This document shows positions 27,882 to 35,817 of a DNA stretch of 62,503 nt, piece by piece (position 1 is the first letter of the stretch; each line of letters opens with the position of its first letter). The position numbers were made by a program, and so were the translations under genes. Below the pieces are notes generated by a model that saw only the letters and a program-made list of their open reading frames with translations, made no database searches and was not told where the DNA came from. Source of the DNA: a virus (taxonomy: Duplodnaviria > Caudoviricetes); the IMG/VR virus record IMGVR_UViG_3300027834_000006, positions 1 to 62,503 of that record. One strand, given 5' to 3'.

Positions 27882-28142
27882 TTAATCTAAATTTAATTTA
27901 TGGTTTCTTATGCGTCCCGCAAGGGAAAGAGGAAATTGCGGTGTATTTTTTTTTGTTCTTGGCACATGGAGGTTATCGAGCTCTCTGTGTGCATGCTCTA
28001 TCTCTGTCAATGCTACCCTTAATTTAGTAGATACTTCTGTATGGGAATTTTCTATCTTTCTTGCAACCGATAGAGGAACTGCTTTTTCTTTTTTCGAAAC
28101 GTATCTACCATAAAAAGCATTAAAATCCGATATTTCGGTCAT
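27882..28142 (-). CDS. hypothetical protein
   Basis: ATG 28142 after GAGGGG; packed in the operon. Confidence 0.5.
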   Translation of the reverse strand: MTEISDFNAFYGRYVSKKEKAVPLSVARKIENSHTEVSTKLRVALTEIEHAHRELDNLHVPRTKKNTPQFPLSLAGRIRNHKLNLD

Positions 28143-28146
28143 CTCG

Positions 28147-28530
28147 CTACCCCTCGTCCGGTGTCTTGCTGCAACTATCGAATGACTTTTCAAATACTTC
28201 GATTTGATTTTGTCGGCATCGCTGCCTGAACAACCCCTCCAACAAAATCAGATAATTGATAAAGTCTCCGATTTTTGCATCGACCAAAGCTTCAGTAATC
28301 CTGGTCGGCTCCGAGTCTGCCATCTCAATCAAATCCATTACAGACACTTCGTGCTTTACCATCATGCCATGCAGTGACTCTTCTGGAGACTCCGCTTTTA
28401 TTCGCGCTGCAACTTTGAAATTATGAAACCTATCACCATCGACAGCGTATTCCTCGGCTTTTGACACCAATGTTGTTTTTATTTTCTCCAGTCTTGCATC
28501 TAACATTTCATCGAATTCTTCAGAAGTCAT
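28147..28530 (-). CDS. DUF1599/Nmad-like all-helical nucleotide-modification-associated protein
   Basis: L..K..EYA...DRFHNF, KH..S..D and KIGD.INYL.LL. Confidence 0.6.
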   Translation of the reverse strand: MTSEEFDEMLDARLEKIKTTLVSKAEEYAVDGDRFHNFKVAARIKAESPEESLHGMMVKHEVSVMDLIEMADSEPTRITEALVDAKIGDFINYLILLEGLFRQRCRQNQIEVFEKSFDSCSKTPDEG

Positions 28531-28541
28531 GTTTCCTCCTT

Positions 28542-28826
28542 TCATATCAATTGTACCGTGTGCTTAAATTCATGCTCGAAGCCACATTTGTCACAGTGAC
28601 AATAGTAGCCGATGCTAAAGCAACCGTCCGAATCTGTGCGTATTTCGTAGTCTTCACGGAGGGTATCTTTTAAAATGGTCGGCTTTGTCGCTTCGTTCAT
28701 TAGTTTCATATAGTCATCGCTTGATATTTTGCCATATTCTTTTCTTGCTTTTTTGAACGTAGCGCTCTGCTTTTCTGTTGCTATTTTTTTACATCGCGGG
28801 CATACCCCCCAACTATCTGCGCTCAT
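28542..28826 (-). CDS. hypothetical zinc-binding phage protein
   Basis: MSAD.W.VCPRC...TLREDYEI...C.KCG; AAGGAGGT RBS. Confidence 0.65.
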   Translation of the reverse strand: MSADSWGVCPRCKKIATEKQSATFKKARKEYGKISSDDYMKLMNEATKPTILKDTLREDYEIRTDSDGCFSIGYYCHCDKCGFEHEFKHTVQLI

Positions 28827-28854
28827 CTTTATACCTCCTTTTTTAATTTAAGTG

Positions 28855-28883
28855 CTGACAACGGCAAAACCATCTGTTATGCT
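28855..28883 (+). promoter_or_regulatory. sigma70-type promoter firing antisense to the minus arm
   Basis: CTGACA-17-TATGCT with TGT before the -10 and an upstream T tract, matching the phage's other promoters. Confidence 0.55.
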
Positions 28884-28889
28884 ATATCT

Positions 28890-28952
28890 AATCCATAAAT
28901 CATGGAGGTGGATGGTATCTTGCCATTAGGGGGGGGCGAAAGCTCCCCCTTT
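28890..28952 (+). ncRNA. putative ~65-nt small antisense RNA ending in a GAAA-tetraloop hairpin
   Basis: Downstream of the 28855 promoter; 10-bp stem 28928-28951 whose G-U pairs work only on the + strand. Confidence 0.4.
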
Positions 28953-29080
28953 CCACTATATCATTCCCCTGCATTATCATAATCTTGAGGCCCACGAAAG
29001 GTACGTGTTCCACCGGTCTCTGAAATGATATCGATGGGTTTGTCCATTTCTGTGCAATCAACAGAAGTTTCGACAATTCC

Positions 29081-29197
29081 TCATATCCTCGTTAGCCACT
29101 CATATTCCCCCGTAAAAACATGAACGACAAACCCTAAAAATGCCAAAAAAAGATAAAAATAAATAATTTTTTTTACTCCCGAAGACAGGTTGTCCAT
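29081..29197 (-). CDS. small membrane protein
   Basis: MDNLSSGVKKIIYFYLFLAFLGFVVHVF, single TM; AGGTGA RBS. Confidence 0.45.
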   Translation of the reverse strand: MDNLSSGVKKIIYFYLFLAFLGFVVHVFTGEYEWLTRI

Positions 29198-29355
29198 TTT
29201 CTCACCTATTCCTATTGATCCACCAAGTTTCTTCCACGGTTTTTGCTGTCTTCTCGCACCCAGGACGGGTGCACACATATCTTATTTGATCGCTTATCCA
29301 CAACGAGAACGGAGATTGCCTGAATTTATGTCCGAATATCTTACATACCCACATG

Positions 29356-30303
29356 CTAAACCCTCCTGCCCCATAAAAGTTCGTTCACCATTTCCATATT
29401 ACTGCATATGCCCGGTACGCGTAAATCGTATTTCAGCATGGGTGCAATGTTTCTCACTATTTTAACCCGGCCTTTCAATGTAGAATCATCATGTTCCGAA
29501 AAAACTCTCTGCACATATCGATCAATCAGAGGAACCGCCAATTCATCCAGAACCTCATTAATCAAATAACCTGTTTCACCAAGAAAAACCGAGTCGGGAT
29601 CTTTACCTTCAGGCAATTCTACGATCTTCGGTGATATCCAACGATCAAGAAAAAGAGAAAGCGACTTGTACATGGCATTCCTACCGGCCTTATCTCCATC
29701 GAAAACGAGTGTGACGTTATTCGTTATACGAGACATCAATAGAACATGGCCCTTGGTGACGGCAGTTCCATTAGAGGCAACCACATTATATTTCCCCATG
29801 GCCTGTAGCGCGAAACAATCAAAAATGCCCTCCACCATATACAATACTTTCTTCGAATCAGGAGAATCCAGGGCTTTATCTATGCCAAAAAGACACTTTC
29901 CCTTTGAATATATCTCCGATGTAAGCGAATTGATGTATTTGGATCTCGTCCCTTCATCTATAGAACGACCAACAAACCCCACTACATGCTTATCAAGGTC
30001 ATATATGGGGATCATGATTCTGTCCCTATAGAAATCGTAAATGTCATTACCCTTTCTCACCACCAGGCCAACCGCGAAGGCCAGGTCAAGAAGGATGGGC
30101 CTGTTTTTGATCTTTTGATAAAAAGAATTACCCCGCCGTATAGCCAGTCCCAAGTTATTGCTCCTGCAAACTTTCTCGGATACCCCCCTTTTCGACATAT
30201 ACAACCTTGCCCTTTTGCCCACAGCAGTAATCCCCCAGAACTTCTTCTCGTAAAATCGTGCTGCTATCTGATTAATTCTATACAGGTTCCTAGGTTTTCT
30301 CAT
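29356..30303 (-). CDS. dnaG: DnaG-type primase catalytic core (Toprim) without zinc-binding domain
   Basis: DFYRDRIMIPI, GFVGRS, KYINS..SEIY.KG, VEGIFD, A.NGTA, FDGDKAG and LPEGKDPD; no CHC2 at the N-terminus. Confidence 0.88.
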   Translation of the reverse strand: MRKPRNLYRINQIAARFYEKKFWGITAVGKRARLYMSKRGVSEKVCRSNNLGLAIRRGNSFYQKIKNRPILLDLAFAVGLVVRKGNDIYDFYRDRIMIPIYDLDKHVVGFVGRSIDEGTRSKYINSLTSEIYSKGKCLFGIDKALDSPDSKKVLYMVEGIFDCFALQAMGKYNVVASNGTAVTKGHVLLMSRITNNVTLVFDGDKAGRNAMYKSLSLFLDRWISPKIVELPEGKDPDSVFLGETGYLINEVLDELAVPLIDRYVQRVFSEHDDSTLKGRVKIVRNIAPMLKYDLRVPGICSNMEMVNELLWGRRV

Positions 30304-30426
30304 TTGCCTGTCTTCTCCAGATAATGATCAACCAAAATATAAAATTCTAACCTGTCGGCAATAGCAGAATGTTGGCAAAAAACTTCAAATTTCATGAGTT
30401 TCTCCCCGGGAAAGTCAGTTTAACAA

Positions 30427-30455
30427 ATAATAACACACAATAAATAACATGTCAA
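30427..30455 (-). promoter_or_regulatory. sigma70 promoter upstream of primase
   Basis: TTGACA-17-TATTAT with TGn extension. Confidence 0.75.
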
Positions 30456-30461
30456 GAATAA

Positions 30462-31199
30462 TCACAAATAAAGAGGTACCCCGTTTGGACCAAATGAGGT
30501 GGCATCAATATGACTCATAACATAATCTTCTACGGTTATACGCCCCTCCAAATCCACTTTTTTAATCATGGCCTCGTTACCCCTATAGCTCATCCCCCAG
30601 TTATCACAAAGTAACTGGCCCACTCTATTTCGGAGTTCATCACTGATAATCCTGTGAAGTATAATATGATCCGCTACGTATTGGGCGGAAGAAGGGTTTT
30701 GTGAGTATTTACCTGTTATTTTCTTAACTTCTTTATAGGTGGGGCCATCAAACCATTTTATGCGGATACCTGTTCCCCAAAAACCATCACCGTATCTTGC
30801 CAGTAAAATAAAACCAATTCCCGGAAATTGGTCTTTTAATTCTCTTCCGATTTTCTCCTTTCCCAATATCAACTTATCTCCCGGGGGAGTTTTGTACAAG
30901 GCCTGTTCCGTCTCTTTAATGTCACACGATATCCCGTTCCTTAGTTTTGTAACTTCTGTTTGCAAGGAAGACATTAGTTTTATTATTTCAGAATGGGTAG
31001 ATTCGGGATCGATGCAGGAACTACAAAGCTCAGGGTATAGAGGGCAAGTCTGACAATAACTACGCAAGCCCTGGTTATACAACTTGCAATATCCACATCC
31101 TTCAATCATCATTTTGTCAACACGTTCAAGCTCCCTCGATATATCCCTCCATTTATCTGCTGTATCATTTTTTTGTTTTAAAAATTCATCATTATTCAT
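30462..31199 (-). CDS. fusion of Cys4 helical domain and LPD29-like domain
   Basis: CGYC..CQTCPLYPELC, then ELKDQFPGIGF...I.WFDGPT.KEVKKIT.KY; full-length paralog of 38680..39468. Confidence 0.8.
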   Translation of the reverse strand: MNNDEFLKQKNDTADKWRDISRELERVDKMMIEGCGYCKLYNQGLRSYCQTCPLYPELCSSCIDPESTHSEIIKLMSSLQTEVTKLRNGISCDIKETEQALYKTPPGDKLILGKEKIGRELKDQFPGIGFILLARYGDGFWGTGIRIKWFDGPTYKEVKKITGKYSQNPSSAQYVADHIILHRIISDELRNRVGQLLCDNWGMSYRGNEAMIKKVDLEGRITVEDYVMSHIDATSFGPNGVPLYL

Positions 31200-31226
31200 G
31201 TTTTTTCCCCTCCCCTTATAAGGTTA

Positions 31227-31415
31227 TCATATCAAATCCCAGAAATGCTCATCGACTGTTGCTGTATAATCGTAATTCAAATCCTCTGATTCCTCTATGA
31301 GAAGAGATGCGAATCGATGAATAATTTCTATTTGGGCATCAGTTACGTTGACAGTTTTCCCGGCAGTAATCTTAGCGCCTTTTTTACCGGTAACCATCGT
31401 TTCAGGCTTTTTCAT
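31227..31415 (-). CDS. hypothetical protein
   Basis: 62 aa with GAGG RBS. Confidence 0.5.
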   Translation of the reverse strand: MKKPETMVTGKKGAKITAGKTVNVTDAQIEIIHRFASLLIEESEDLNYDYTATVDEHFWDLI

Positions 31416-31425
31416 GATTCATTCC

Positions 31426-31635
31426 TCATTTTGCTCTTTCCTCCAAAGTTCTTCTTACCTGCTCCATCGCCCAATCAAGCTTATCTTCTGGCATAGCATC
31501 AACAGCTTCATTAATAGGTGTTTCCAACCTATGAAAGCAATACATTTGTTTAAATAGATGTTGCTGTTCTTTCGTACACTCAGCCAATCCTTCCTTCAGT
31601 TGCTTTCTCGCAAAATCCTGTAACTGATTGTTCAT
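31426..31635 (-). CDS. hypothetical phage protein
   Basis: Start MNNQLQ at 31635 after AGGAGG; FKQMY...VD.MPEDKLDWAM.QV. Confidence 0.65.
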   Translation of the reverse strand: MNNQLQDFARKQLKEGLAECTKEQQHLFKQMYCFHRLETPINEAVDAMPEDKLDWAMEQVRRTLEERAK

Positions 31636-31682
31636 GCTACTCCCTCCTAAATGATTTTCCAAATTCACCAAACTCAACAAAA

Positions 31683-31711
31683 ATACTAACACATGAGAGG
31701 GCTTGTGTCAA
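31683..31711 (-). promoter_or_regulatory. sigma70 promoter
   Basis: TTGACA-17-TAGTAT, TGn extension, upstream T tract. Confidence 0.75.
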
Positions 31712-31726
31712 GAAAAAAAATAATAT

Positions 31727-31918
31727 TCATGAGGTCTCGGGTTTGTATCCCGAGCAAAGATGAACTCCCAAAATCGTAAGAGTGCAATTTTGTTTTGAGT
31801 CATAATCTCTTGTGAATTCAGATATCTTGTTGTTTCTGGTAATTTCCCAATTCGTACACCTACCCTCTGTATTCCAGTAGCAATTATTTATACCCCCCTC
31901 TAATTCTATCCCATGCAT
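31727..31918 (-). CDS. small Cys-rich hypothetical protein
   Basis: Start MHGIEL after AGGAG; four Cys. Confidence 0.5.
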   Translation of the reverse strand: MHGIELEGGINNCYWNTEGRCTNWEITRNNKISEFTRDYDSKQNCTLTILGVHLCSGYKPETS

Positions 31919-31947
31919 TCTACTCTCTCCTAAGTAAGTTGTGCAGT

Positions 31948-32133
31948 CTACCAAAAATCAATACTGCAATAAACCGGTCCTATCCACAGGCTAAGCCCAA
32001 AATCATAGTGATAGCCCATGTCAAAGCCGAAGCCCCAACGGAGCAAGGTTATCTCAACCTGGATATGGTCTGATTCAAACTGCCAATGATACCAGGGTTT
32101 ATTGTGTGAAAAAGGTTTGAATGTATCAGTCAC
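31948..32133 (-). CDS. small aromatic-rich hypothetical protein
   Basis: GTG start after GGGAGGT. Confidence 0.45.
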   Translation of the reverse strand: MTDTFKPFSHNKPWYHWQFESDHIQVEITLLRWGFGFDMGYHYDFGLSLWIGPVYCSIDFW

Positions 32134-32162
32134 TCTACCTCCCAAGTAATTCTTTGAGCGCA

Positions 32163-32333
32163 TTAGTCTTTTACATAATCATCGGTCTGAAATGCACCGT
32201 CCCCCTCAAGAAGTTCCGCGCGGGATATGTCAACAATTACTTTGCTCTCTGGGGAGCAGTTTTCGTTCAACCATCTTATCAAAGGCCTGGCAGCCTCCTC
32301 AAATGTTATGTATTGATAGGTTTTAAAAATCAT
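32163..32333 (-). CDS. small phage protein, 56 aa (not in ORF track)
   Basis: MIFKTYQYITFEEAARPLIRWLNENCSPESKVIVDISRAELLEGDGAFQTDDYVKD; GGAGGAGG RBS. Confidence 0.7.
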   Translation of the reverse strand: MIFKTYQYITFEEAARPLIRWLNENCSPESKVIVDISRAELLEGDGAFQTDDYVKD

Positions 32334-32366
32334 GCGTACCTCCTCCGTGAATTAGTTTAGAAAAAG

Positions 32367-32395
32367 AGAGTAACATACAAAAGATCCCTTGTCAA
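32367..32395 (-). promoter_or_regulatory. sigma70 promoter
   Basis: TTGACA-17-TACTCT with TGn extension. Confidence 0.7.
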
Positions 32396-32778
32396 GAATA
32401 ATGTTTGGAGTATTTCGCAATCCACTCCTTCAATTCTATTATCTTTTTGTCTTCCGCTTGCATTTTGTTTCGTTTTTGCATGTGACCACAGGACACAAAT
32501 TTCCATACATGGTTTTTCTGACTTCCTCCCAACGATGACCGTATTCGAGATTTTTCTTTTTTTTCACTTTCGGCATCAACCAATCGAACAAGACAACCCA
32601 ACCTATGGTGCTTAAATTCACCAACCAAAGCAGTTTCCATCCATTCTACCAATGTTCGATCCTCAATGCAATATTGGACGCTCATCCATCTCCAAAGATT
32701 TTGTAAATCGTCAGCATTTTGTACTTCTCTAGCCTCCATGCCACCATCAACAGACTCAAAATATATAAAATTTTTCAT
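32392..32778 (-). CDS. hypothetical protein
   Basis: ATG after GGGGGA; downstream of the 32810-32838 promoter. Confidence 0.5.
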   Translation of the reverse strand: MKNFIYFESVDGGMEAREVQNADDLQNLWRWMSVQYCIEDRTLVEWMETALVGEFKHHRLGCLVRLVDAESEKKEKSRIRSSLGGSQKNHVWKFVSCGHMQKRNKMQAEDKKIIELKEWIAKYSKHYS

Positions 32779-32809
32779 CGGATATCCCCCAAGAAAGTTA
32801 TTTCAGCAA

Positions 32810-32838
32810 ATGGTAACACGTAAAGGATTTTATGTCAA
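32810..32838 (-). promoter_or_regulatory. sigma70 promoter
   Basis: TTGACA-17-TACCAT, TGn extension, upstream T tract. Confidence 0.75.
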
Positions 32839-32924
32839 GAAAAAAAATAATAATTTTTGTTTTTTCAGAATTTTCTGCAAGGTTAAATTTCGGAGAGTTG
32901 ATTTAATCCTCCCATTCCTGCACC

Positions 32925-33200
32925 TCAATGGCATTCGCACATCCCCCCATTGTAAGCGTATGGGCCATGGTATCCTTGTGGGTCTTCAGTGTTATAATGT
33001 TCTCCTGGAACGCCGTACCAATATCTGCCATTTCCACAACAATCACAAATCCGAACATCATAATCTTCTCCATGTTCTCTTATCCAGGTCAACACACCGG
33101 CCACAAAGTAATCCAATTTTTTTAATTTTATCATTACATCCTGCGGAATTTGATGTGTGTTTATAAACCCGGTTCCGTCACATCTAGTACATGTCTTCAT
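32925..33200 (-). CDS. DnaJ-like CxxCxGxG zinc-finger protein
   Basis: CTRCDGTG...CDCCGNG...CECH; start 33200 after GGGAGGT. Confidence 0.65.
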   Translation of the reverse strand: MKTCTRCDGTGFINTHQIPQDVMIKLKKLDYFVAGVLTWIREHGEDYDVRICDCCGNGRYWYGVPGEHYNTEDPQGYHGPYAYNGGMCECH

Positions 33201-33244
33201 ATATTTACCTCCCAAGTGATTCTCCAAATTTGTTAACTTAACAG

Positions 33245-33273
33245 ACGATAACATTCAGAAGGTTTCTTGTCAA
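33245..33273 (-). promoter_or_regulatory. sigma70 promoter
   Basis: TTGACA-17-TATCGT with TGn extension. Confidence 0.7.
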
Positions 33274-33531
33274 GAAGAAAATAATTTTTTTTGTTTTTTT
33301 GAGAATTTTACACCTGGGGACTATACCCCCCTTTTCTTATATATCAATACCAAAACCCCACGTGCCACCCCTCTCCACGCGCGCACATAACGCACACGCA
33401 CGCCTACACACACATATAACAACAACTAACAACTGACAAAAGACTCACAAGGTTTAGTCTTTTCACATAACAAACAACACTCATAAACTACAATACTAAC
33501 AAAAGACAAGGGTATACCCCTATTGTCCCTA

Positions 33532-33756
33532 TTGAGTACACTTGACCAAGGTCTAGCCATAGATACTTAATGTCTAAGTACTGAGTGCAAGATATTTAGC
33601 GTGGAATATCTAGCCCTCAGTCATAGCCATCAAGTACCAATGCCTACATATTTGGTATTAGATACCCAGCATCAACTACCGGGTGTCAAGTATGAACACC
33701 GAGTATTGAGTACTTAATGCAGGGGACTTAGTGCTTGTTACTGAGTACCAACTGAG
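33532..33756. repeat. degenerate heptamer array, about 30 units, consensus near YYRAGTA
   Basis: In-phase units ctaagta, ctgagtg, caagata, tttagcg, tcaagta, tttggta, ttagata, tcaacta, ccgggtg, tcaagta. Confidence 0.65.
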
Positions 33757-33989
33757 AAACCCTAACATTATCAGTCTTTTGGGAACAATGGAATATTGAG
33801 AGGTTCCGAGTGTCTCAGCATATTGTAAAAACGCTAAGGTGGCTTATAGCATCGACGATCAGAGGGCAAGGCATACGAATGTATCAGTTTTGTGCTTGCG
33901 TCTGTTAGAGGGCAAATAAGGGCTGTTAAATTGGATTTAAGGGTTTTTGTTGGGTTAGTCATGATAATAGTTACCTCCATAAAGTACTG

Positions 33990-34002
33990 TAAGTGTTTGA
34001 TA
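33990..34002 (-). promoter_or_regulatory. IHF-like binding site
   Basis: TATCAAACACTTA matches the WATCAANNNNTTR consensus. Confidence 0.45.
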
Positions 34003-34522
34003 TTGTTGAAGATTGTTCCCTTTATGGGTTAAAACGTAGGGACTATACATTTTCCCAAAACCCTCCTATTAGTTTTCAATACTGATGTTTTCTTAATTTC
34101 CTTCTTAACTTCTTACTTCTCTTTAACTACCTTACAAAAAAACATTCAAGTCTTAGTTTCTTTAACTTCTTCTTGCTTTCTCTTTAATAGCTTCTTATTT
34201 TCTTTAACTAAACACTTTCTATTATCTTCTTTTAATCCCTTCTTATTCCTTTATTTTCTCTTTACTGGTTTTTATATAACTTCTTTTTAATAAAATCTTT
34301 TGATAAGATCTTTTAATAATCTATTCTGTAAGGGTTTCTTAACAAGTCTTTACTTAGTAGTTTTTTAAAGACAAAAGAAGCCTGTAGGAGAATGAAAAGT
34401 ACTAAAAACATGTAAAGACTTGATAAAAAGATGAAGATCTTTTATTAAGGTTTCTTTATTATTCTTTCATTAAAGACTTTTATTATTCTTGTATAAAGAT
34501 CTTTATATTAATATCTTTTATT

Positions 34523-34551
34523 ATAGTACCTGACTGGGGGGATTTTGTCAA
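34523..34551 (-). promoter_or_regulatory. leftward sigma70 promoter, back-to-back with the rightward promoter
   Basis: TTGACA-17-TACTAT. Confidence 0.6.
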
Positions 34552-34604
34552 GGAGAAAAAAGCTTTTTATTTCGTTTTGCGTACCGGGCATTGAAGTTTT
34601 TTAC

Positions 34605-34633
34605 TTGACAAGAATAATCTTATTTGGTATAAT
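34605..34633 (+). promoter_or_regulatory. consensus sigma70 early promoter of the plus arm
   Basis: Perfect TTGACA-17-TATAAT with TGn extension and upstream T tract. Confidence 0.9.
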
Positions 34634-34684
34634 CTGATTATGTATCGTTGAGAAGTAAAAAAACTAATAAAAGGGAGAAAGAAA

Positions 34685-34969
34685 ATGACAAGATTAGAGT
34701 TAGGAACCCAAAATATTACTCAGGACCTGAAGAAGGCTTTCCCAGGATGTGACTTTACGGTTATTCCCACCATCTTAGATAGCCAAAAATCATTCATCGG
34801 TGTATATTGGATGCCAGGTCCATCCCTCAAAGCAGTTGACAAAGTAGTAGCTAAATATGCCCTAGGTGTTTGGAATGATAAGACTGAAGTTTATGATTAT
34901 AGTCCTGAAGCTATCGCCTTTGGTGATGAAAGGGGAGGAGCAACTTTTATCTGGACAAAGACAATATGA
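34685..34969 (+). CDS. LPD29-like domain protein, copy 1
   Basis: LKKAFPG.DF...V.WMPGPS...V.KVV.KY..G.W....E.YDY...GGA.FI. Confidence 0.75.
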   Translation: MTRLELGTQNITQDLKKAFPGCDFTVIPTILDSQKSFIGVYWMPGPSLKAVDKVVAKYALGVWNDKTEVYDYSPEAIAFGDERGGATFIWTKTI

Positions 34970-34997
34970 TAACTTAATTCAAGAAAGGGAGAAAAAA

Positions 34998-35306
34998 ATG
35001 AATAAAGAGGAAATCTTAAAAAACAAACTGCAATCACAAGAAAAGTGGAACGATGTATTGAAGGGCATCCACGCCCTGGAAAGTAATATTATCGACAAAG
35101 AAGGTTACTGTAGAATATATCAAGATTGCACGATAAGCAGAAAACACGAGTGCCACGATTGCCCTTTATATCAATGTGAAGCCTGTAGCCCTGAAGAAGA
35201 TGATAACTCACTCTATACACAGATCTTAATTGCACTTGATAAAATGGAGCGGCTTACTGCGGGCTTGCTAGAAGATATAAAAGACGATATCGCTGCAACC
35301 ATCTAA
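34998..35306 (+). CDS. Cys4 helical-hairpin protein, copy 1
   Basis: MNKEEILK.K...KW, GYC..CHDCPL....C, DNSLY, IKDDI; start 34998 after AAGGGAG. Confidence 0.75.
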   Translation: MNKEEILKNKLQSQEKWNDVLKGIHALESNIIDKEGYCRIYQDCTISRKHECHDCPLYQCEACSPEEDDNSLYTQILIALDKMERLTAGLLEDIKDDIAATI

Positions 35307-35333
35307 TGTAAACCAAAAAAAGAGAGGTGAAAC

Positions 35334-35786
35334 ATGAAAAGACAGATGAGAGATTACACGTTAGGAGCAAAGAATATAAGGAAAGAATTGAAGGCTGCGT
35401 TTCCCGCCATTAAGTTTTCTGTGCGCTCAAAAGGGTATGCTGGAGGTTGCAGCATCCATATAGATTGGATCGAAGGGCCAACCGAAGAAGCAGTAGAGAA
35501 GATAACCAACAAGTATGAGCAGGGATCTTTCGACGGGATGATAGATCTATACACATACGATACAGACAGAGAATTTACCGACAAAAACGGAGGAGCAAAA
35601 TATGTCTTTACTCATCGAAAATATAAAGCTGAAACCGAAGAAGCACTTGGTAGAAAACTTTGCAAAGAAAACGGCGTAGAGTATGACGGCGAAGAAACAA
35701 GGCATTTATGGGGATCACAAGACCCAAGACTTTTAAGGACTCATGTTTGGGAAGAGCTTAGCAAAACATCTTTTAACACCAACTAA
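35334..35786 (+). CDS. LPD29-like domain protein, copy 2
   Basis: AKNIRKELKAAFP.IKFSVRS..YAGG.SI.IDW.EGPT...V..IT.KY..GSFDGM.D.Y.Y. Confidence 0.85.
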   Translation: MKRQMRDYTLGAKNIRKELKAAFPAIKFSVRSKGYAGGCSIHIDWIEGPTEEAVEKITNKYEQGSFDGMIDLYTYDTDREFTDKNGGAKYVFTHRKYKAETEEALGRKLCKENGVEYDGEETRHLWGSQDPRLLRTHVWEELSKTSFNTN

Positions 35787-35817
35787 TAGCAATAACTTTA
35801 TGAAAAAGGGAGAAAAC

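Larger units (their letters stand above)
33274..34520. other. large non-coding region at the strand switch (candidate genome terminus/pac site and/or origin)
   Basis: No ORF of 60 aa or more; C/A-rich tract, heptamer array, IHF-like site, pyrimidine tract and AT-rich repeats. Confidence 0.6.

Noticed and set aside
33532-33756. Possible CRISPR or mini-array
   Set aside because: There is no conserved 25-40 nt repeat with unique spacers, only degenerate 7-mers, and no cas operon; the 45691 nuclease sits in a recombination context.
29408-34591. 13-bp match GCGTACCGGGCAT between the primase 3' end (minus) and the divergent promoter gap (plus)
   Set aside because: Dozens of 13-mer matches are expected by chance in 62 kb; no integrase or other support for an att or inversion site.
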